32,000 nt of DNA, from the NCBI GenBank assembly GCA_965250005.1, contig OZ252279.1, forward strand, positions 390,001 to 422,000, in the 5' to 3' direction. Positions 27,621 to 32,000 of this stretch are shown one piece after another. Below the pieces are notes generated by a model. That model saw only the letters and a list, made by a program, of their open reading frames with translations, made no database searches and was not told the DNA's origin. Within the stretch, counting starts at the first letter, position 1; each line of letters starts with the position of its first letter. Position numbers and translations under genes: made by a program. This stretch comes from Demequinaceae bacterium (GTDB lineage: Bacteria > Actinomycetota > Actinomycetes > Actinomycetales > Demequinaceae).

Positions 27621-28433
27621 ATGAGTGTCCTCGACAGCATCGTCGCTGGCGTCAGGCAAGACCTAGTTGAGCGCCAGGAGCGCGTCAGCATGGATGAGCT
27701 CAAAGAGCGGGCGGCCCGGATCCCCGGAGCAATTGATGGCTACCAGCGCCTTGCGGTGAAAGAAGTTTCGGTCATAGCCGAGGTCAAGCGCTCAAGCCCG
27801 TCCAAGGGCGATCTGGCAGAAATCACGGACCCCTCGGCGCTCGCTACGGAGTACGAAGCCGGAGGCGCATCGGTCATTTCTGTCCTCACGGAGGAGCGGC
27901 GTTTTGGCGGGTCGCTTGCAGACTTGGACGCCGTTCGCGGCAAGGTAGATGTCCCCATCCTTCGCAAGGACTTCATTGTGACGCCGTACCAGGTGTGGGA
28001 GGCGCGCGCCCATGGCGCCGACCTCGTGCTGCTGATTGTGGCGGCCCTCGAGCAAATGGCTCTTGAGTCCCTTGTCGAGCGCGCACACTCCTTGGGCATG
28101 ACTGCGCTGGTCGAGGTGCACGAGGCCGACGAGGTTGCGCGCGCCGTTGACGCCGGCGCCAAGGTCATTGGTGTGAACGCTCGCAACCTCAAAACTCTCG
28201 ACGTCGACCGGGATACGTTTGGCAAGGTCGCGCCCCTCATCCCGGACGGCATCGTCCGCGTCGCCGAGTCTGGAATTCGCGACAGCCACGACGTGGTCGA
28301 GTACGCGCGGGCGGGAGCGCACGCTGTTCTGGTGGGTGAAGCGCTCGTCAAGAACCGTGATCCCCGGACCGCCGTTGCCGAGATGGTTGCCGCTGGCGCA
28401 CATCCCGCTCTACGCTCCGTACGTCCCTCGTAG
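27621..28433 (+). CDS. trpC: Indole-3-glycerol phosphate synthase
   Basis: [90 protein letters not shown]. Confidence 0.97.
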   Translation: MSVLDSIVAGVRQDLVERQERVSMDELKERAARIPGAIDGYQRLAVKEVSVIAEVKRSSPSKGDLAEITDPSALATEYEAGGASVISVLTEERRFGGSLADLDAVRGKVDVPILRKDFIVTPYQVWEARAHGADLVLLIVAALEQMALESLVERAHSLGMTALVEVHEADEVARAVDAGAKVIGVNARNLKTLDVDRDTFGKVAPLIPDGIVRVAESGIRDSHDVVEYARAGAHAVLVGEALVKNRDPRTAVAEMVAAGAHPALRSVRPS

Positions 28434-28443
28434 AGCGCCGCAT

Positions 28444-29652
28444 ATGACGGATTCCCTTCAATCGGCCCCAGGCCCCTTCTTTGGAGACTTCGGAGGCCGC
28501 TTCGTTCCTGAGGCGCTCATCGCCGCGCTTGATCAACTGACAGACGCATACGAAAAGGCTCGCGTCGACCCGGCGTTCGACGCAGATCTCGAGCGACTCG
28601 CCCGCACATACTCTGGACGCCCGAGCATCGTCACCGAGGTCCCGCGCTTCGCCAAGCATGCCGGTGGCGCGCGCGTTATCCTTAAGCGCGAAGACCTCAA
28701 CCACACTGGCTCGCACAAAATCAACAACGTGATCGGACAGGCGCTCCTGACCAAACGCATCGGCAAGACGCGGGTCATTGCGGAAACCGGCGCGGGACAG
28801 CACGGCGTCGCCACCGCGACAGCGGCTGCCCTCATGGACCTCGAGTGCGTGGTCTACATGGGTGAGGAAGACACCGAGCGCCAGTCGCTCAACGTAGCGC
28901 GCATGGAGCTGCTCGGCGCGACGGTGATCCCGGTCACCGCGGGAAGCCGCACTCTCCGGGACGCAATAAACGAGGCGTACCGGGACTGGGTCGCAAACGT
29001 CGAAAACACTAACTACATCTTTGGCACCGCAGCGGGCCCTCACCCGTTCCCGGCGATGGTTCGCGATTTTCAGCGAGTAATCGGCCAAGAGGCGCGTGAG
29101 CAAATGCTTGCCATGGGTGGCCTTCCAGACGCGATTGTCGCGTGCGTGGGCGGCGGGTCGAATGCGATCGGGATATTCGACGCGTTCCTCGACGACGAGG
29201 ATGTGCGCCTGATCGGCTGCGAAGCCGCGGGGGACGGCGTGGACACGGGGCGACACGCCTCTGCGATCTCCGGCGGCCGGCCCGGCGTGCTGCACGGTTC
29301 CAAATCGTACGTCCTGCAGGACGCCGACGGCCAGACGCAACCTTCCTACTCGATTTCTGCGGGGCTCGACTATCCGGGCGTTGGCCCCGAACATGCCTGG
29401 CTCGCGGACCTTGGTCGAGCTGAGTACTGGGCGGTCACGGACGCGGAGGCGATGTCCGCGTTCCGGCTGTTGTGCCGCACCGAGGGGATACTGCCTGCCA
29501 TCGAGTCCGCGCACGCGCTCGCCGGGGCGCTCAAACTTGGCAACGAATTGGGGGCTGGCGCGACCATCCTCGTGAGCCTATCCGGTCGCGGCGACAAGGA
29601 TGTCGAGACCGCGGCTCGCTACTTCAAGTTGCTACCAGAGGATCAGTCGTGA
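28444..29652 (+). CDS. trpB: Tryptophan synthase beta subunit
   Basis: [71 protein letters not shown]. The tracked start at 28219 is an N-terminal over-extension into trpC. Confidence 0.97.
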   Translation: MTDSLQSAPGPFFGDFGGRFVPEALIAALDQLTDAYEKARVDPAFDADLERLARTYSGRPSIVTEVPRFAKHAGGARVILKREDLNHTGSHKINNVIGQALLTKRIGKTRVIAETGAGQHGVATATAAALMDLECVVYMGEEDTERQSLNVARMELLGATVIPVTAGSRTLRDAINEAYRDWVANVENTNYIFGTAAGPHPFPAMVRDFQRVIGQEAREQMLAMGGLPDAIVACVGGGSNAIGIFDAFLDDEDVRLIGCEAAGDGVDTGRHASAISGGRPGVLHGSKSYVLQDADGQTQPSYSISAGLDYPGVGPEHAWLADLGRAEYWAVTDAEAMSAFRLLCRTEGILPAIESAHALAGALKLGNELGAGATILVSLSGRGDKDVETAARYFKLLPEDQS

Positions 29653-30449
29653 GCCACCTGAGCGAACGCTTGGCCGAGGTCAAGGCCGAGGGGCGCGCGG
29701 CGCTCATCGGCTACTTGCCCGTGGGCTATCCAAGCGTAGATCAATCGATCGAGGCCTTCACAGCGCTCGTGGAGGCTGGAGCGGACGTTGTCGAGGTCGG
29801 TATGCCGTACACGGATCCCGTTCTAGACGGCACAGTGATTCAGCAGGCGGGAGTCGTCGCGCTTGAGGGCGGCGTGCGGGTTGCGGACGTGTTCGCCGCG
29901 GTCAAGGCCGTCGTAGATGCTGGCGCGCCCGCAGTTGTGATGTCGTACTACAACCCCATATTTCAATACGGACTTCAGCAGTTCGCCGACGACCTGCTGG
30001 CAGCGGGGGGCTCTGGCGTCGTCCTCCCCGATTTGACGCCTGACGCGGCGACGGAATGGATTGAGATCGCCAACGCTCGCGGGCTGGACAGCATCTTCCT
30101 CGTTGCGCCAAGTTCTACTCCGGAGCGGCTCCATCTGACCGTTGGTCAGACAAGCGGGTTCGTGTATGCGGCCTCACTGATGGGAGTCACCGGAGAGCGG
30201 GCGAGCGTCGGCGATGATGCCGAGCGACTTGTTGCCGATACCCGCGCAGCTGGCGCTCAAACCGTGTGCGTGGGACTCGGCGTGGCAACCGGAAGCCAAG
30301 CGGCTGAGGTTGCGCGCTACGCAGACGGCGTTATTGTTGGCAGCGCACTAGTACGCGCCCTGTCGGGCGCCGCAGAGTTTGATCAGGGCATCGCCGCCCT
30401 CCGTACCAAGACGGCCGAACTCGCGGCCGGTGTGAGAGGAAAACCGTGA
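29649..30449 (+). CDS. trpA: Tryptophan synthase alpha subunit; GTG start overlapping the trpB stop (GTGA)
   Basis: [92 protein letters not shown]. Confidence 0.97.
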   Translation: MSHLSERLAEVKAEGRAALIGYLPVGYPSVDQSIEAFTALVEAGADVVEVGMPYTDPVLDGTVIQQAGVVALEGGVRVADVFAAVKAVVDAGAPAVVMSYYNPIFQYGLQQFADDLLAAGGSGVVLPDLTPDAATEWIEIANARGLDSIFLVAPSSTPERLHLTVGQTSGFVYAASLMGVTGERASVGDDAERLVADTRAAGAQTVCVGLGVATGSQAAEVARYADGVIVGSALVRALSGAAEFDQGIAALRTKTAELAAGVRGKP

Positions 30450-31462
30450 TTCCCGTTTCGATTCCCAGCCCGCCGCTCGACTGGGGCATTCTGTTCCAGA
30501 TCGGCCCGTTCCCCATCCGCAGTTACGCCCTTGCGCTCCTGCTAGGCATGGTCGCCGGTGTCTGGGTCGCACGCAAGCGTTGGATAGCGCGTGGCGGGGA
30601 TGTCGCGGCCGTTGAAGAGATTGTGGTTTGGGCGATTCCCTTCGGAATTCTTGGCGCGCGCATCTATCACGTGATTTCCACGCCCGGCCCATACTTTGGT
30701 GAGGGTGGAAACTGGGTCAAGATCTTCGCGATCAACGAGGGCGGACTGGGGATCTGGGGCGCGGTCGCGCTCGGAGCTTTGGGTGCGTACATCGGAGCGA
30801 AGCGCGCGGGCGTATCGTTTCCGGCGTTCATTGATGCCGCTGCGCCAGGGATACTGCTTGCGCAAGCTATCGGTCGCCTTGGCAACTATTTCAACCAAGA
30901 ACTCTTCGGCGGCGCAACAACATTGCCGTGGGGCCTCCAGATCGACGCTGCCGCGCCAAGCTTTCCGCGCGACCTGCCGGTCGACACGCTTTTCCACCCG
31001 ACTTTCCTTTACGAACTGCTCTGGAACGTGGTGGGTGTGTTCGTCGTGCTCTACCTTGACCGTCGACTGAAACTCCGCAATGGTCGGGTGTTCTGGCTCT
31101 ACGTCATCGTTTACACCACCGGTCGCGTCTGGATTGAGAACGTCCGTATCGATACCGCGGTGCACATCGGCGGGCTACGCATCAACGTGTGGGTCTCGAT
31201 CGTAGTATTGCTCGGCTCGATCTTCGCGTTCTGGCTGGTGGGCAAGCGAAATGCAGGCACGTTCGAGGAATTCCCCGCACGCGTGACTAAGGGCAAAGTG
31301 GCCGTAGCGACTAAACGCTCCGCTTCTACTAAGAAGCCGGCATCCAAGAAGACGCCCGCAAAAAAGACGCCGGCAAAGAGTGCGCCTGCTAAGAAGGCTG
31401 TATCCAAAACGGTTGCGCGCAAAGAGAGCCCGGGGACGAAGGCCACAACGCCCAAGAAATAG
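30446..31462 (+). CDS. lgt: Prolipoprotein diacylglyceryl transferase with Lys/Ala/Thr/Pro-rich C-terminal tail
   Basis: [101 protein letters not shown], then the basic tail. Confidence 0.96.
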   Translation: MIPVSIPSPPLDWGILFQIGPFPIRSYALALLLGMVAGVWVARKRWIARGGDVAAVEEIVVWAIPFGILGARIYHVISTPGPYFGEGGNWVKIFAINEGGLGIWGAVALGALGAYIGAKRAGVSFPAFIDAAAPGILLAQAIGRLGNYFNQELFGGATTLPWGLQIDAAAPSFPRDLPVDTLFHPTFLYELLWNVVGVFVVLYLDRRLKLRNGRVFWLYVIVYTTGRVWIENVRIDTAVHIGGLRINVWVSIVVLLGSIFAFWLVGKRNAGTFEEFPARVTKGKVAVATKRSASTKKPASKKTPAKKTPAKSAPAKKAVSKTVARKESPGTKATTPKK

Positions 31463-31567
31463 AACCGGCGCGTTCGGACTTAGGGGGAACGCGCGGTAGC
31501 CTATATACCCGTGTGTTGACCGGGCCGACGGCGCCCCGTATCCAGAACCAGCTCGGCCGTGCCGAGA

Positions 31568-32000
31568 ATGACAAAGGACGGTGTGATGCCCGTGCAGTTA
31601 CGCGCCCAAGCGAATGCGAAGGGTCTGTACGACCCTGCGTATGAACACGACGCCTGCGGCGTCGCGTTTGTCGCGACTCTGCGCGGCAAGCCTGGCCGAG
31701 ACATCATGGACGCGGGTCTGACAGCCCTCAAGAACCTCGAGCACCGTGGCGCCGTGGGCGCCGAGACCGAGACCGGCGACGGAGCGGGCATTCTGACGCA
31801 AGTGCCCGACGCGTTCCTGCGCACCGTTGTCGCCTTCGACCTGCCTCCCGCGGGCTCGTATGCGACCGGGATCGCGTTCCTCACGCCAGACAATGTCGGC
31901 GTCGAAGTCGCCGCCGTTGAGCGGGCAGCGTCGATTGAAGGCGTGACGATCATTGGCTGGCGCGACGTGCCGGTGAACCCCGAACCGCTGGGCCCATCGG
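31568..32000 (+). CDS. gltB: Glutamate synthase large subunit, N-terminal part (3' truncated by window edge); start could be 31568 or 31586
   Basis: Hand translation MTKDGVMPVQLRAQANAKGLYDPAYEHDACGVAFVATLRGKPGRDIMDAGLTALKNLEHRGAVGAETETGDGAGILTQVPDAFLRTV: class II glutaminase domain of GltB. Not in the ORF track because it runs off the edge. Confidence 0.95.
   Translation, partial: MTKDGVMPVQLRAQANAKGLYDPAYEHDACGVAFVATLRGKPGRDIMDAGLTALKNLEHRGAVGAETETGDGAGILTQVPDAFLRTVVAFDLPPAGSYATGIAFLTPDNVGVEVAAVERAASIEGVTIIGWRDVPVNPEPLGPS

Noticed and set aside
28348-29514. 388-aa minus-strand ORF opposite trpB
   Set aside because: Shadow ORF. The opposite strand encodes unambiguous TrpB.
1-32000. Search by eye for CRISPR arrays, transposases, integrases, toxin-antitoxin pairs and phage genes
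   Set aside because: None seen. The tRNA-Leu at 5807-5890 has no adjacent integrase or recognisable attachment-site duplication, so there is no evidence of an integrated island.

Overview
GC-rich actinobacterial chromosomal segment, densely packed with housekeeping genes. I see no CRISPR array, prophage, IS element or rRNA. Order: 3' part of dnaE2; membrane pyrophosphatase plus an uncharacterised upstream partner (both minus strand); tRNA-Leu(GAG) with a terminator; M20 peptidase; DUF5703-like protein; acidic small protein; aldo/keto reductase; uppP; PAC2 protein; HAD phosphatase; RecB-like Fe-S nuclease; M50-CBS protease. Next is the Pup-modification locus: trmI (tRNA m1A58 methyltransferase), arc/mpa, dop, pup, pafA. 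Then FKBP lipoprotein, hisF, heterodimeric ABC exporter pair, hisI, trpE, three small ORFs, trpC, trpB, trpA, lgt and the 5' end of gltB. The strongest observation is a complete pupylation module (Pup 59 aa ending GGQ, which is missing from the supplied ORF track) with no prcB/prcA genes. Its ARC ATPase ends in ...ELSALGKG and lacks the C-terminal GQYL proteasome-docking motif. This suggests proteasome-independent pupylation. That arrangement is already known in principle from Corynebacterium, so it is not claimed as wholly new. Other points of interest: K+-dependent-type sequence signatures in the pyrophosphatase, its unknown gene partner, a candidate leaderless promoter for the Pup operon, an exporter pair embedded in the his/trp cluster, and a histone-H1-like tail on Lgt.
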